Source: Euglena gracilis (Eukaryota). Taken from it: a stretch of 64,000 nucleotides of DNA. Shown piece by piece: positions 1-13,500 of this stretch. Where the stretch lies: the NCBI GenBank assembly GCA_039621445.1, contig CP154954.1:24936954-25000953 (forward strand), given 5' to 3'. The notes under the pieces are model-generated. The model saw only the letters and a list, made by a program, of their open reading frames with translations, was not told the origin of the DNA and ran no database searches. Numbering within the stretch: the stretch's first letter is position 1; every line of letters begins with the position of its first letter. The position numbers were made by a program, and so were the translations under genes.

Positions 1-1066
1 GGGGGGGGGCGAGATGCTGGGCCAGAAGCGAAGTCAGCGTCGGCCATAAACAGAAAAATTCCGAACATAGCACTTTTTCAAAAAAAATTTGGCGCCCTCG
101 GCGCCGAAAAGTATATCCCACTCCCCCTGGGGTGACCCCGGGGGGGGGGGGGGGGCCGCTCGGCAGGACCCACCCATCCACCCATAGTGGGCCTGTGTTT
201 TTTTGGACGTTGTTTTTTTGTTTTTTTTTTCAATTCTAACAATGTTTTTTTAAAAAAAACAAAAAAAACGCCCAGTGGGTTTTGCATGGAAAATTTTTTG
301 AATGCACATTTTCAATGATTTTTGGCAACTTTTGGGTAATTTCTGCCAAAAGTTTCCTTGCACAACAAATGAAAAAAGTCATAAAATTCCATTTTGTTGC
401 ATTTTTGGATGTTTTGACCATTTCTGGCAGTTTTTGAACTTAGTAGGATTCAAAGGAGGCTAGGCAGAGCGGGGGGGGGGGCTGGGGGGGGGGGCGAGCG
501 GCCGCGCGGGCGGCCGCGCGGGGGGGGGGGGTCTGAGGGCGGCCGCGCGGGCGGCGCGCATCCTAAAATCAGTGATTTCGGGTCCAAAAAGTGGTCATTT
601 TTTGCCTTTTTGGGCCATTTTTGACCAAAGAAGTAGCATTGCGACGTAATTTACAGTTGTAAGTTTGCTTGTAAGTTTCGCTTGTAACTTACGCGTAACT
701 TACGGCATAATTCATTTTTTAATTTCCGCCGTGTAATTTATGTTCTGCCTTTTTTCAGAAATTTCAGACCGTTTCTCCCTTTTTTTTGTGTGCAAAGCAC
801 CTTTTTTCCCATTTAAAAATTGGGTTTATGTGTTGTTGTCATCCCATGTGAGAAAAAACAAGTCAAAGGTCACTGCAAAAAAATGCAGTTCAAGTTTTTT
901 TTTACAGCCAAAGGGGGAACCGTTTTTGGACCCGAAGGCAGCAACCTGCCTGAAAAAGTGCATTGGCTTGGATGAATTCCAAAGTAAAAATTAGCGGCGT
1001 ACTTAATCGGCGCGGTCTCGCCCCTCAAAGGAAAAAGCGGTGTGACCTCGTGGGTTTCGAACCCAT

Positions 1067-2935
1067 GGGGTTTTCTCTCCGCGTCCCCCCCGCGTCCCCC
1101 CCCCGCGTCCCTCCCCCCCCGCGTCCCGATTTGCGCCCTGTTTCGCAGATTTTTTCCAATGCAGAACAATGCTCGCTTAGCAGAAACTTTGAAGAGGAAG
1201 AGGGAAAGGGAGAAGGAAAGAAGGCAAAAGAAGTGTGAATTGACCGAAGAGCACTTGGATTACTTGCAATCCATCTTGGAAATGGTGTGCCTTTTTGTTT
1301 GGTTCATAGTTCCAAAAACCCATTGCCACAGGTTGATAACAGCAAGCCCAAATTTGCTGAAATTGCCCAGGAAATCAAGGATTTCGTCAGAAATATTTTG
1401 CATTTTTGTTTGGGCTTCCACAACGACAAGGACCTGTGAAAAACATTTGTTGGTGGATAAAACAAAAAAGGGTTTCCCATGCCTCATAATCAACGCCACT
1501 ATCACCAACTTTAGGATCTTGTTGGGCCCGCCGCATTGCCCCATAACTTGTCCACTTTTTCCATTTCGTCTTCACAACGTTCCGAAGGAAGTCCATGCTG
1601 CAGTGGAGGTCAAAATGTCTAGCTCCTTTTCCGTTCTAAGAAAAAATGGTCTGTTCCAGAGCATGTGCTTTCTCGTTTGTGGCCCTTCAACATCGTCCGC
1701 GATGTTTGGAGGGGGAAGGGGACCGATGGCGCCTTTGATCTCCAAAGGCGTCTTCATGTCCTTTTCCATTTTGTCAACTTTGCCCTGAAACGGCGGTTGA
1801 TGTACGAGCCCCCAGGTGTTTGGCCCATTCTCCCGCGGAGCGCCACTGCTCCCGCCCGGATCATTATTCACCCTGGAAAGTGATGGCCTGAAGTTTGTCC
1901 TTGATACAATGGGGCGTTGGCAGGGGGAGGGGGGTCCCGAGGTCTGATGGGGGGTTGGTACACCCCTCCCCCCCCCTCTCCGAGGGCCTCGCCACGCCAT
2001 TTACCCCCCCCCCGTAGCCGGACCCCCTCGCCACGCCACCGGCGATTTTCGCGATTTTTTGAACGAGAATTTTGTTGGAAAACCATGGTACACCCCTCCC
2101 CCCCCCCTGGTCGCCGACCCCCTCGCCACGCCATTTACCCCCCCTCCCCCCCCCTATTCGGACCCCCTCGCCACGGCGTACGAACCCCCCGATGTTTTTT
2201 GCATTTTTTGGCACTTTTTGCTATACTGTCTCAACACCGGGGGGTCCCAGGGTCCCAATTGTACTGCCAACCCACCTCAAATATTGGCGTTTTTTAAGGC
2301 CTTTTTTTGGTCTAAATAGGCCAAAAATGGTCAAAATTTTCATCTGTCTGGGGGGGTCGGCACTGGGGGGGGGGGGGTCCCGAAAATCCCAACTGTACAG
2401 GGGGGATCCACTCCATGTTGGAAACAATTTTTTGCAGGCGGTATGGATGTGGGCAAGGATTTGGCCACTGCTTTTTCTGATGTTGTTCTTGAATCTGAAG
2501 AGGAGACAAATGTCCCCGCGAGTGTTTCTGACCTTCCCAGCAGCTCTAATAGCTCCAATGCGCCCTCCGTTTGGCAGCCAACAACGACGAGGGAGCAAGC
2601 CAAACAATTGCTTTCTTTTTCAAAGGGAGAAATGAATGTTTTTTTGTGAAGTTTTTTTTTGAGAGACAGGCGAAAAAGAAAAGTGTGCAACTGTTTGGAG
2701 AAAATCAACCAGCATGCTTTGGCTATGGGTATATCCCCTGATGAATTCCGCTGTCTTTTGTCTTCTGACCTGCGAGACAGCAACCGATCGTTGTGTGGCT
2801 CGGAGTCCCTTTTGGCATGGTTACGTCATCAATGATGGAAATTTAGGTTGGATTTTGTCCATCTATGAACGGCATCCGGAAGGTGTTCTCCCCGCGTCCC
2901 CCCCCCCGCGTCCCCCCCGCATCCCGAAAACCCCC
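1067..2935. mobile_element. GGGGTTTTC...GAAAACCCCC TIR element, 3-bp TSD (cat), with decayed coding fragments
   Basis: Absent from copy 2 (aacccatgacc at ~16484-16494); TSD cat. Subterminal cgcgtccccccc repeats. Internal KKCELTEEHLDYLQSILEM (~1225-1284) could be an HTH-like remnant (weak). Confidence 0.75.
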
Positions 2936-3242
2936 CATGACCATACCATCATAAGACATACTCCGCCATTATGTTAATGGTCACTCTGTATGCATTTGTC
3001 ATGGACTTTTATCAAAATTTCTTAAGGAATGTCATTTTGGCCATTTTTTTTTGCCAAACAAGCGCTCTTGTAGTGAACTTCAACAGTGAAGTTAACTTCA
3101 CCAGTGAACCGAACAAGGCATCGCGTGACAGCGTCATGCACCTCCATAGCTGTGACGGCGCCCCCCTCCTCCGTGCCCGCCTCACATCACGTCCCACCTG
3201 TTCCCTGATCCATTCATCTGTCCATTTTCACAAAAAAAACTG

Positions 3243-3425
3243 CGTCAACGGGTGCATTATAGTGCACCCGTTGACGGTGGAATCCGTTAACGGGTGCCCA
3301 CATGGGAAATCGGGGTCCGTCAACGGGTGCACTATAGTGCACTTGTTGACGGTGGAATCCGTTAACGGGTGTCCACATGGGAAATCGGGGTCTATCAACG
3401 GGTGCACTATAGTGCACCCGTGGAC
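3243..3425. repeat. ~75-bp tandem units each containing the palindrome CGGGTGCACTATAGTGCACCCG
   Basis: Three units seen directly; repeated at ~16903-17085. Confidence 0.85.
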
Positions 3426-4705
3426 GGACCCCGATTTCTCACGTGGGGAAGCCCGTGAATGGTTAACGGTTTTAACTTACCCTCACCCCCCTCAAAATGT
3501 CCCCCCCCCAAACGTGGCCAAATTTTTTGGCAAAATTTGGTTTTTCCCCTCAAAGGGTTTACCCCTGATTTTCCTTCGACACGACAAAGGCCAAAATTTG
3601 ACCTCCCCTCCAAAGTGCCCCCCCCTTGAGGGGGGGGGTGAGGGTAGTGAAATTAAGTTAGTTAAGCTAACATCATTGAGGCAGATGAGGGGGAGGGTTT
3701 CCGGGACCCCCCCCCAGTGAACTTCACCATAGTTTCAAACAGTGAGCTTCATGGGAGGTCAAAATGCAAGGAATGACTGAGCAAGGAAAGAGGGGTCCTG
3801 GGGTGTGTGATTTTTGTAAATTTCATAACTTTCACAAATTTCAAAAGTTACCGTAAGTTACGGTAAGTTACGGGTGTGCAATTTATAAATAATAAATTAC
3901 ACAAAATTTGCAATGCCACAAAGAAGTGCTTTTTTTGGCCGCGCACGGAGCGCGCGGCCCCCAAATTTGCCATTTTATGTCCGAAAATGGTCATTTTTGG
4001 TCATTTTTGGGCCTCAAAAAAGTCGCGTTTTTTTCACAAAATTTTTTTGCTTGGCTATGCTAGGCACAGTGGGGGGAGGGGGGGTCCAGGGGGGGCGAGC
4101 GGCCGCGCGGGCGGCCGCGCAGGGGCCGCGCAGGGGGGGGGGGAGGGGGGCGTCCCGGACCCCCCCGAGCGGCGCGCCTAGCCTCCAAAGTATGGTTTGG
4201 GAGTTTCATAACGAGTTTTTTCAATGAAATGTTCCTTTCCTTTTTTTTGATATTTTTTTTGCTGTTTTTTTTTAAAATAAACATGTTGTTTTTTTTAATA
4301 AAAAAAAAAGCAAAAAAATGCCCACTATGCACCCCCCCTCCCCCCTCCCCCCCCCCCGGGTCCACGACTGAAAAACCCCTGTTACCAATGTTGTTTGTAT
4401 GTGTTGTTTCCTTTTTGCCGCCCAAAGGACGGCGAGACGGTAGCACTTTTTTGAAAGAAGGCATTGAACGTGACAAAAAAATGTGGCAATTTTTTTGACA
4501 TCGTGCCAATTTGACATTTTAACACCATCACAATTTGAAAGGTTTCAAGCTGCCAACGGGCGGCAAGACGGCTTTGCCTTTTGTGTTTTGGGATATCAAA
4601 CGAGGGAAAATTGCAAAAAAAGAGTCCTCGGGGCCATTTTGTAGAACAAAAAAAATATATTGCCGCCCAAAGGGCGGCTGGATGGTAGCGCAATTTTCCA
4701 AGAAC

Positions 4706-4928
4706 CCATCATGACCCATGATGCCCATCATGACCATTTGATGCATCATGACCCACGATGACCATGATGACCCCTGACCACGATGACCATGATGACCCCT
4801 GATGCCCATCATTGACCCATGACGCCCATCATTGACCCATGACGCCCATCATTGACCCATGACGCCCATCATCACCCATGATGCCATCATGACCCTGGAT
4901 GCCCATCATGACCCATGATGGCCCTGAT
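4706..4928. repeat. Degenerate ATGACCC/ATGCCCATC minisatellite (21-bp units in part)
   Basis: attgacccatgacgcccatc repeated tandemly at ~4811-4870 with diverged flanking units. Confidence 0.8.
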
Positions 4929-5756
4929 GGCCACTTTGTACATTTTTCCCACTGTCCGACGTTTTCGAGGGTGGGGGCAAAAAAATAAATGTTTTCAAAA
5001 TTTCTCGAAAACGATGCAAAATTAAAGAAAATGTCCGGAGACCTAATTTGAAGCCCTTGGAATGCAAGTCGAAAAAAACTTTTTTTGCCCGAAACGATTT
5101 TTTTTGGCCTCCCGAACCTGGAAAAACTGTTTTTGAGCTAAAATGAGTGTTTTTCGACCTGCCAACGCCCCGTTTTGGGCTGCCAACGCATTGACTTAGG
5201 GTCATTTTTGGGAGAATTAAGTCGAGAAAAATCGAAAAGTTTTTTTTTTTGCCGGAAGCGATGTTTTTTGGCCTCCCGCAAAAACATTGCCTCCCAGACG
5301 AAAGTGTTTTCCAGCCCAAACCCAACGTCCTTTGACTCCCCAGCCCCCCCCCCCCCGTTTGGTCCGAAACAACGGATTTAGGGTCAAAACCGGGTCAAAA
5401 AGCTGAAAAATTCGAATTTTTTTTGCCCAAACCCATGTGCAGGAAAACTGTACAGTGTACCTTGATTGACTGCTTCCATTTTTGTCGTCATCAGTTCCAA
5501 AGCTGCGCAAAGAAAAGTTAGGTGAATTGGGGCGTGATCATGTGGCCGCAATTTACGTTGTTTTGCATATGCACACCATTTCAGCTTGTTTATTGTCTTT
5601 TTTTTGTTGAAGTGCAGCTTTTTTGCAGGTTGTTTTGCAGTTTTTTCTGCAGTTTTTTGCAGTGCAGTTTTTGACTGGCCCATGTGCAGTTTCCCCCCCC
5701 CTGGGGACACTTTGGGGGGGGTGAGGGTGAGCGTCGTTGCAGCAATGACCTGCATT

Positions 5757-6160
5757 GGAGGCTAGGCAAAATGGGGGTTGAAGGGGGGGCGAGCGGCCGC
5801 GCTGGCAGCCGTGCAGGGGGTGGGGTCTGAGGGCGGCCGCGCGGGCGGCGCGCATCCAAAAATGGTGATTTTTGGGTTTAAAAGTGGTTATTTTGGCCAT
5901 TTTTGGGCCATTTTCGATTAAAAAAAAAGTGCTTTTTGGGCTTGGCCCATTGTGTGCAGCCCCCAAATTTGCAATTTTATGTCCGAAAATGGTCATTTTT
6001 GGCCATTTTTGGGACTCAAACAAGTCGCAATTTTTTTCGGGCATTTTTTTGGGGGGGAAGCTGGGCATAGTGGGGAGGGGTCGAGGGGGGGGTGAGCGGT
6101 CGCGCGAGCGGCCGCACAGGGGCCGCACGGGAGGGGGGCGGAGGGGGGGGGGGTCCCGGG
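5757..6160. mobile_element. Partial copy of GGAGGCTAGG element
   Basis: Colinear with 455-633 plus 3927-4160; serves as empty site for the 634-3918 insertion; right TIR not found. Confidence 0.7.
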
Positions 6161-7413
6161 CAATTCAGTTGGACCTTCTGCCAGCAGAGATGATCCAGCA
6201 AAATGCATCTGGATGGGGGGGGAGGATCCGGGAATCCCCCTACCAATCAAGAGAGAATTTCTCATTTTCAATTCGGGGGAGCACACAGCTGATGGCTGGC
6301 CTGAGGAGGTCAATGGGATGTTCATTGGGTGAATTTATCAAGGTAAAAAAATTGACCACAAATGTGTAATTACAAGCAATATTTTCCAATTTTGAATGAG
6401 GGGTGAGAAGAAATTGTGAAGCTGCCACAATTCTTGTCAATTAAAAAAACTCCCCAATGTATATGTGTATGTCATTGGAGACTGGGCAGGGGGGGGTGCG
6501 CTTTGAGAGGAAAGGAGCAAAATGTTACCCATGAAAATTTCACCCCCAACCATCAAAACGGTGAAGTTCACCGGTGAACTTCACCGGTGAACTTCACCGT
6601 CGAAAGTCCCCCCCCCCCCCCCCCCCCCGGTGAATGTTCACCAGTGAACTTCACCGGGGGGGTCCACAGCCCCCCCCCCACCCCTGCCTAACCTCCTAGG
6701 ATCTCGGTACTTGGGCACTCACAATATGAACACTGCCTACTACGATCCTCTGCGGATGTGTATCGGATCATGCATTTGCTGAGAACCGCTGACACTACAC
6801 ACGTTCAAGACACCTTGCGACATATCCACCAAGGTCTTCTGGAGGCGGTGGAAAACATAATTGGACGCTCCCTGCCGGAGGACCAAGCACTCCAGACCTT
6901 TTTTGCCAACCAAATTAGCTGGAATTGGAATCAAATCTCCACCGGAAAACCAAGAGGTAGCCAGGGTTTCCTGTATTGTGAGTTATGTGCGCTATGAAAC
7001 CACTTACCTGTGCGCCATTCCTTGTGATAATCTGGAAATTGTGCTGCCTGATTTTGAGGGTTCCCTAGAAAGTCTGCGACACCGACTTGGGCAAGAGGTA
7101 CAGCCGATTGGTATGAGACGCCCTCCTCCATCCAAAGAGCAAGCCTACACTCGACAACAATTTTGGTAAGATCGCATGAAAGCCCAGAGATACAAGAACT
7201 GGAAGCAAACTGGCAGCCACCGAGATCTGTGTCGCAAGAGCTTACAAACTGTCAACCCAGGGGCTAGCAATGGCCAAAACTTTTCAAAAGGCCTGAAATT
7301 TCAGTAAAGTGAAATTTGCACGGTTTTATTGCATTTTCCCATATTTTCATGAAATCTCAGAAAATTGAAAAGTAAAAAGTTCCCGTCGCCTCGCGATCAA
7401 CAGCGAGTCCTAC

Positions 7414-7716
7414 TCTCCTCACCCACACCTGCAGGGAGATGCCCTGCCCGTGTCCACCGTGCTGTGGCACCTGCCAATTCGTACAGATGTAGAAAGAAAG
7501 GTGAAGACAATGAAGTGCAGACACTGGTGGACAGTGGCATCGAACACACGGTGGGCACTACGCCTACAGTACTGCTTTTCTCGTTTTTTTCTTATTGAAC
7601 TGCATCGTACAGATAGCTTGGGTGGTAGAGCATTCTTCCCAGAATTGGGAGGTCGTGGGTTCAAATCCCACTCTGTGCGTGTTTTCCCCGTTCAGATATT
7701 TTTGTTATGGTTTTGC
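7414..7716 (+). repeat. 303-bp direct repeat, copy A
   Basis: Nearly identical to 8269-8571 with only scattered substitutions. Confidence 0.9.
7607..7678 (+). pseudogene. tRNA-like sequence with degenerate anticodon arm
   Basis: Acceptor GTACAGA/TCTGTGC, D-arm GCTT/GAGC, T-arm GTGGG-TTCAAAT-CCCAC; anticodon stem pairs poorly. Confidence 0.65.
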
Positions 7717-8268
7717 CTTTGGCACATGGGGTGGATGGGGCCCAGAAGGCGCCAAAAATATCAAAAGAATAATTCAGAGAGCAGCTTCCTGACATGAGGG
7801 AGAACAACGCCACTAAAGCAAACGAACTGCACGAACAACTGTCCATCTCCCTGATGAGGCAGATCGTGAAGGTATTGGCAACAAAAGCACGCATCCCCTG
7901 ACGATCCGGGAAAAAACCTGGAAGCAAGGGGACAAAGGCCAAACACCAATAACACACAAGGAGAAGCACAGGCCTAAGCAACCCACAGCGAAAGAAGGAA
8001 AAAAAAACACCACGCTCACCTGACCATGCGCCAAGCGCTCCCCTCACTCCGCTCCCTACCACACCCCCGGACCTAAAGCATTCAACATTCCGTGCCCGTT
8101 GTATCTCACGCTTTGCACTCTCTCCCTGACCGCTGCTACCCCTCTGACTATCCATGGGGTTCCCCCATCTGTACATAGCCTCCGACCCCCCAGAACACTC
8201 AAATCCAGTACTGGTAGGCTGTGCTACTGGTCGGTGGATTCGGCTCGCCCCACCACCGTTCCCTTTTT
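7717..8268 (+). mobile_element. 5'-truncated CRE-type retrotransposon: RLE C-terminus + 3' UTR
   Basis: FGTWGGWGPEGAKNIKRII..LHEQLSISLMRQIVKVL*; 3' motif gtaggctgtgctactggtcggtggattcggctcgccccaccaccg shared with ~22401-22446. Confidence 0.7.
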
Positions 8269-8571
8269 TCTCCTCACCCACACCTGCAGGGAGATGCCCT
8301 GCCCGTGTCCGCCGTGCTGTGGCACCTGCCAATTCGTACAGATGTAGAAAGAAAGGTGAAGACAATGAAGTGCAGACACTGGTGGACAGTGGCAGCGAAC
8401 ACACGGTGAGCACTACACCTACAGTACTGCTTTTCTCGTTTTTTTCTTATTGAACTGCATCGTACAGATAGCTTGGGTGGTTGAGCATTCTTCCCAGAAT
8501 TGGGAGGTTGTGGGTTCAAATCCCACTCTGTGCGTGTTTTCCCCGTTCAGATATTTTTGTTATGGTTTTGC
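8269..8571 (+). repeat. 303-bp direct repeat, copy B (tRNA-like at 8462-8533)
   Basis: See copy A. Confidence 0.9.
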
Positions 8572-9352
8572 TCATTCGCGAAATGGCTTACATTCCTGAT
8601 CCTACCCCCCCTCCCCATCCCCAGTGCCACAATGTCACTTCGAGTGGAAGCGGTGTGGGATTGCCTATGGTGAAAGCACAGAGTGCCGATAATGAGGTGG
8701 AAATGCAGGAACTGTTTGCGTTGTGGAAAGAGGGTTAGTACCACTTGGCAGTCCACCCAGGCCTTTGCTCTGAACAAATACACACTCGATCGAGCAGAGG
8801 CCTGCCTGCAGCACGCCGACAAGCCCTTGGTTGGGCTACTTGTGAAGCCACTTCGCCCCTGGTGGGGTCACAAGTTACATGTCTGTGGACAGATTTCACA
8901 AACATTTCATCATGAGATGCTTGTTTTCTTGCTTGTTTTATGTTTTTAAACTGCGAAAGAAAAGAAAAGGGGCCAGTTTTTTGGGGACCACATCTTGGGG
9001 CCATTTTGGCGCATTTGTTTTGGGGCCAGTGGGCCAGATGATTGGTGCAAACTTTTGGAGCCAGTTTTTTTGGTGCAACATCTTGGGGCAGTTTGGGGGC
9101 CACATCTTGGGGCCAGTTTTTTCGTGCAACATCTTGGGGCCAGTTTGGTGCAACTGTTTTGGCAGGTTTAGTGGAACATTTTTACGCCAGTTTGGTGCCA
9201 CACCTTGGGCCAATTGGGCCAGTTTAGGACAACAGTTTTGGCCACAGTTTCAGGCCAGCCCAAAACTCAGACAAAAACTGATGAGAATTTACTATTGGTG
9301 GTTCACTTTTTTTTCTTTCCGTACATTTTTTCTTTTTACTGACCCAGCAGGG

Positions 9353-9763
9353 TTAAACCCCCCCCAAATAATACCCCCCCCCAAATAATACCCCCCCCCA
9401 AATAACACCCCCCCCTTGGGGTCCGACTTCGGCCGCCGAAATAATACCCCCCCCCCGGTTTCGGGCCGAAGGCCCGGATTTTTGACCTGAAAATGTAGGT
9501 AAAAATCACAATTTCTGACAACAAATTATGAAAAAAATGGATTTTTCTGGCTCATCTGACCTCCAAAAATGGTAAATTTCACAAGAAAGTGCAAAAAATG
9601 ACCCCAAAGGGCGGTTTTGGGTGCTATTTTGGGTTTTACGGGACTTCGAAAAATTTCGAAAATTTTGGAAAAATAATACCCCCCCCAAATAATACCCCCC
9701 CTCGGGCCGGGACTTCGGGCGAAAAAATAATACCCCGGGGGGGTATTATTTGGGGGGGGGTTA
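9353..9763. mobile_element. TAA-C(n)-AAATAA TIR MITE; relatives at ~43122-43309, ~50112-50512, ~56591-56695
   Basis: ttaaacccccccaaataata ... tattatttgggggggggtta; internal AATAATAC(n) repeats; TA flanks suggest Tc1/mariner type. Confidence 0.6.
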
Positions 9764-10579
9764 CTCCACTTTGGGACCAGTTTTGGTCACGGGATTCTGG
9801 ACAGGGGGGGGGATTCCAAAGGTTTTCTTGGTCCTTTTTCTTCCTCGACAGAACCCAAAATACGGTGGGGGAAAAGGGAAGTTCGCCCAAACGCAACCGT
9901 TCTCTCACGGACGGATTTCCCCGTGGGCGTTAGCAGTCGGCGGCTAGGATGTCCTTGTAGGTGCTGACCATCCAGGCCACCGCTCATGGACAATGAAGCA
10001 GAGCGGTTTTCGCAGGTTTTCGAAAGATACCCAATGCTAACTGGAGTGCTAGGCGATGGTCAACATGTTCCATCTGGGTTCCAAGCGCTTGGGAAGGGCG
10101 ACAATTTAGCCAGGCCCCTGGTAGCAAAGGCCGTAATCTTTCACATAAGTAATTTTCATGAAATTTCACGGCTTTTGTAAGTAATTTCGTGGACCATGAA
10201 AAGTTCGTTTTTCATTGACTATTAATATTGCCGTCAATTTGGAAAATACGTTTCATTTCAGAAATTTTCCAGAAATATTTCGGAAATTTTTCGAAAAATG
10301 AAATATATTGCCTTCATTTTGCAACCATGAAGGATACACCAGGACCTTGCCATGGTTTTCCTATTCAAGTAGGTTGACGGGAAGGGTCCATATTTCAATC
10401 TTTCAACGAGGGGGAAAATACATTTCTGAAATTTCATGAAATATCCCAAGTAAAGCATTTCAATATTTTTTTCGCCGCGATGCTAACTCCAGTGGTGGCT
10501 CGGGCTCCCACTGCTCAACCCCAACGAGAGGAGCACTTGTGCCCAACGTACAGCCTGCTTGGATGCATGGGGAGACCAT

Positions 10580-13500
10580 GGAGGCTCGGCGCGCTGCTCG
10601 GGGGGGGGGTCCGAGACCCCCTCCCCCCCCCCCCCGCGCGGCCCCTGCGCGGCCGCCCGCTCGCCCCCCCCTCGACCCCCCCCTCCCCCACTGTGCCTAG
10701 CATAGCCAAGAAAAACGCATTTTTTTGAGCAAAACGGTCCAAAAATGGCCAAAAATGACCACTTTTTTGGACCCGAAAATGGGCCGCGCGCCGCCTGCGC
10801 GGCCGCCCTCGGACCCCCCTCCCCCCTCCCCCCCCCCCCCGTGCGGCCTCTCCACCGGGACCCCAACGGCGCCCAGCCTCACCGATTTCGGCGGAGAGGT
10901 GGCAACATGTAGGCATGGCTAACCGGGCAAACCTGGGATGAGGTGGCCCCCCCACCTTTTATCAACTGAGCACCGCTGACCCCCCCCCGCCACACAACCC
11001 TCCCCCCAACGCACGGCTATCGGTGCCCGATCGCCCCTAACGCCCCCCCCCCACTGCGCCACGTGGCCCTGACAGCAACCCCGACCGCCCACACCCATTC
11101 CAGGGGTCTCGTAGGTTTTTCCCTCATGTTCTCGGAGAACCTACCAGGCCTCCTTGGACTTCTCCCCCCCCCCTCCACTCCGCCCCACCAGTGGTGGGGG
11201 GGCCGCTTCTACACTAGCTCTTCCACCACTCGGCCCGGAGACCCCGGCCCGGCCTCCGACCTCGTGCACCTCCCCGCACAGTGGGATTCTATGTGCCATC
11301 GGGCACCTTCGCACACTCGGGGGGGCCTCCCCAGGAAACCTTGAACAGCCACCAGCCCCCCACCCCCGGAAACTAGTCTTACTATATATTTTTTTCCTCC
11401 CTCCCCCCCCCCCCACAGAGTGCAACGGGCAAGGGCCGCCACACCCCCTCCACCCACCCGCGCCTCAGCTTCACAGTGCTGCTCAGTAAGCCTTTTCCCC
11501 TCTCATCGCCCTACCCCCCAACGCCCCAGCAGGCACGCTCTACCAAAACCGAGCGCCAATTGAACACCAATCACACACTCAGAACCCGACCCGACTTCCC
11601 CGGAGCGGGCCGTCATCCCCCGCCCGGGGCCCAAAATGGACTCCCACGGCCCTAAGGGGAAGCAATCGCCCCTGGGGGCCCCCAGCCCTGCTCGAGAGCC
11701 TCCACGAGCTCATCGTGATCCTCCCACCCGGAACGCATGCCGGGTGGTCACACAGCAAAAACCCTCCCTCCCCATGTGGCCGGCCATCGCCCACGGGGCA
11801 CAACGTACTTAGGTCACACACGGGGGGCTCTTTTTCCGGTGTTACATGTTCTCGGCGGGCAAGCGACACCGGACCGTGAAGTTCCCGGCCGGCAAGCGTA
11901 CCCCGACAAGACTGTGCCAGGCTCGGGGCCGCCCGACACAGTCCTGTGGGCTTGGTATACGCCCCTCAGTCCCCCCACCCCCATCACCTCTGCCACCGAA
12001 GGACAGAGACAACACCTCAAGCATTCCCAGGTTGCTTTCCCCGCTTTCTGGCCCAGTCACACTGGGCAACACTTGACGTGCAAGGGACCGAGGCGTACTA
12101 GGTCGTGCTTCGCCAACTGAGACTGACTCACTTGACTGCCCTAGCCACTCCTGAACCATCAAGCTGACATAGGCATACCCCGAAAGGAGCGCCCCCCCCC
12201 CAAATATCTTTTTCTCAACCCAGCACACAAGACCGAAGGGACCCCCCGAAAAAAAAGCAAAGCAAAACAAAACAAAAGACTACACATGACCTTCGCCTCG
12301 GCAAGTTTCATTGGAGCCACCGCGAAACTCGTCAGGGAGGGACACCCAGACACAGCACGTCACCACATCGTGCGCACCCCCCCCGTCCGGAGGCCTCACC
12401 GGACGGCACCCGCGCTAACCCAATACACCTGGCTGCCCTGTGCTGCCCCAACATTCAAAGACCAGCCCCATCCGTTACCTGGCCTTTGCTTGCCCGAGCC
12501 ACCCAAACATCCCCCACCTGCAATCACAGTTACCTGCGGTTAATTCTTACATGGAGAACCCCCTCGAAGGCACACCAAGGTTGCCCCCCCCAGCTAGCGC
12601 ACAGTCACCACTACCCCCAACCTCAGGCTCCCCTGTTTTTATTTCTTTATTCATTTACGCGATAACCACCCGCAAGTCCCCCCTCCCGATTTTTCACAGC
12701 CTAGCACCATTCAGGCACTGTGCCCATTAACACCCCCCCCCCTCAAAACAGCATCACCTCAGCCCCGAACCCACACGACCCCCCCCCGTGCACCTGCTGC
12801 GAAAATCCAGGGACGGGCCACAGCACGCGGACCCCCCCCAACAGACACCCCCCTGTGTGGTTGCCTCGCCCACGCCGGGAGGCAGCGCCGGCATCCGCTC
12901 CACCGTCCAAGCCCGGCCCCAACCCCAGCTTCTGTACGGGCCTGAGCCTGCGGCGGTCCATCCCCCCCCCTCCTGGAACCGATCGCACGCGCCCCCCCCC
13001 CAATCACCCAGACACGGCACGTCCGCACCTTGCGCGCTACCCCTTCCCCCCCCCCCGTCCGGAGGCCCCGCCCCTGCATTCAGAGACAAGCCCCAACCTG
13101 TTACCTGGCCTTTGCTTGCTCCGACCCCGAATGACCCAGACACCCCTCGGAGGCACACCAATTTTTTTTTCCTTTTTCAATACTCATTTCAAAACGCGAT
13201 AACCAGCCGCAAGTCTTCCCTTGAGAGTGCCGGGCCACACCCCTGGCATCATCATACAGTACCACCAACCAGGCTGACCAGGGTGACACCAGCCCTCTGA
13301 GAAAAAACCCCCACCCTAGCACCAGGCTGCCTCCCCCCATCTTTTCACGGCCTTGCACCGCCCAGGCACTGTGCCCATTAACGCCCCCCACCCCCCCCCC
13401 TCAAATCAGCATCACCCCAGCCCCGAACCCACACGATCCCCCGTGCGCACTTGCTGCAGAAACCCAGGGACGGGCGCCTCACAGCACGCGGACCCCCCCA

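Larger units (their letters stand above)
634..3918. mobile_element. Non-autonomous hAT-type element (TAGCATTGC...GCAATGCCA), copy 1
   Basis: Exact 8-bp TSD caaagaag (626-633 / 3919-3926); near-identical copy at 16189-17578. Confidence 0.85.
455..4186. mobile_element. GGAGGCTAGG-TIR element, 3-bp TSD (aaa), PIF/Harbinger-like
   Basis: GGAGGCTAGG...CCTAGCCTCC; empty site ggattcaaagtatgg at ~25883-25897 gives TSD aaa. Confidence 0.8.
183..4329. mobile_element. MITE with CATAGTGGGC...GCCCACTATG termini, expanded by nested insertions
   Basis: 10-bp TIR; flanks catccacc/cacccccc (6/8). Uninterrupted 410-bp copy at 25619-26028 matches 183-454 plus 4187-4329. Confidence 0.8.

Noticed and set aside
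7607-7678. Functional tRNA gene
   Set aside because: Anticodon stem does not pair properly; kept only as tRNA-like.
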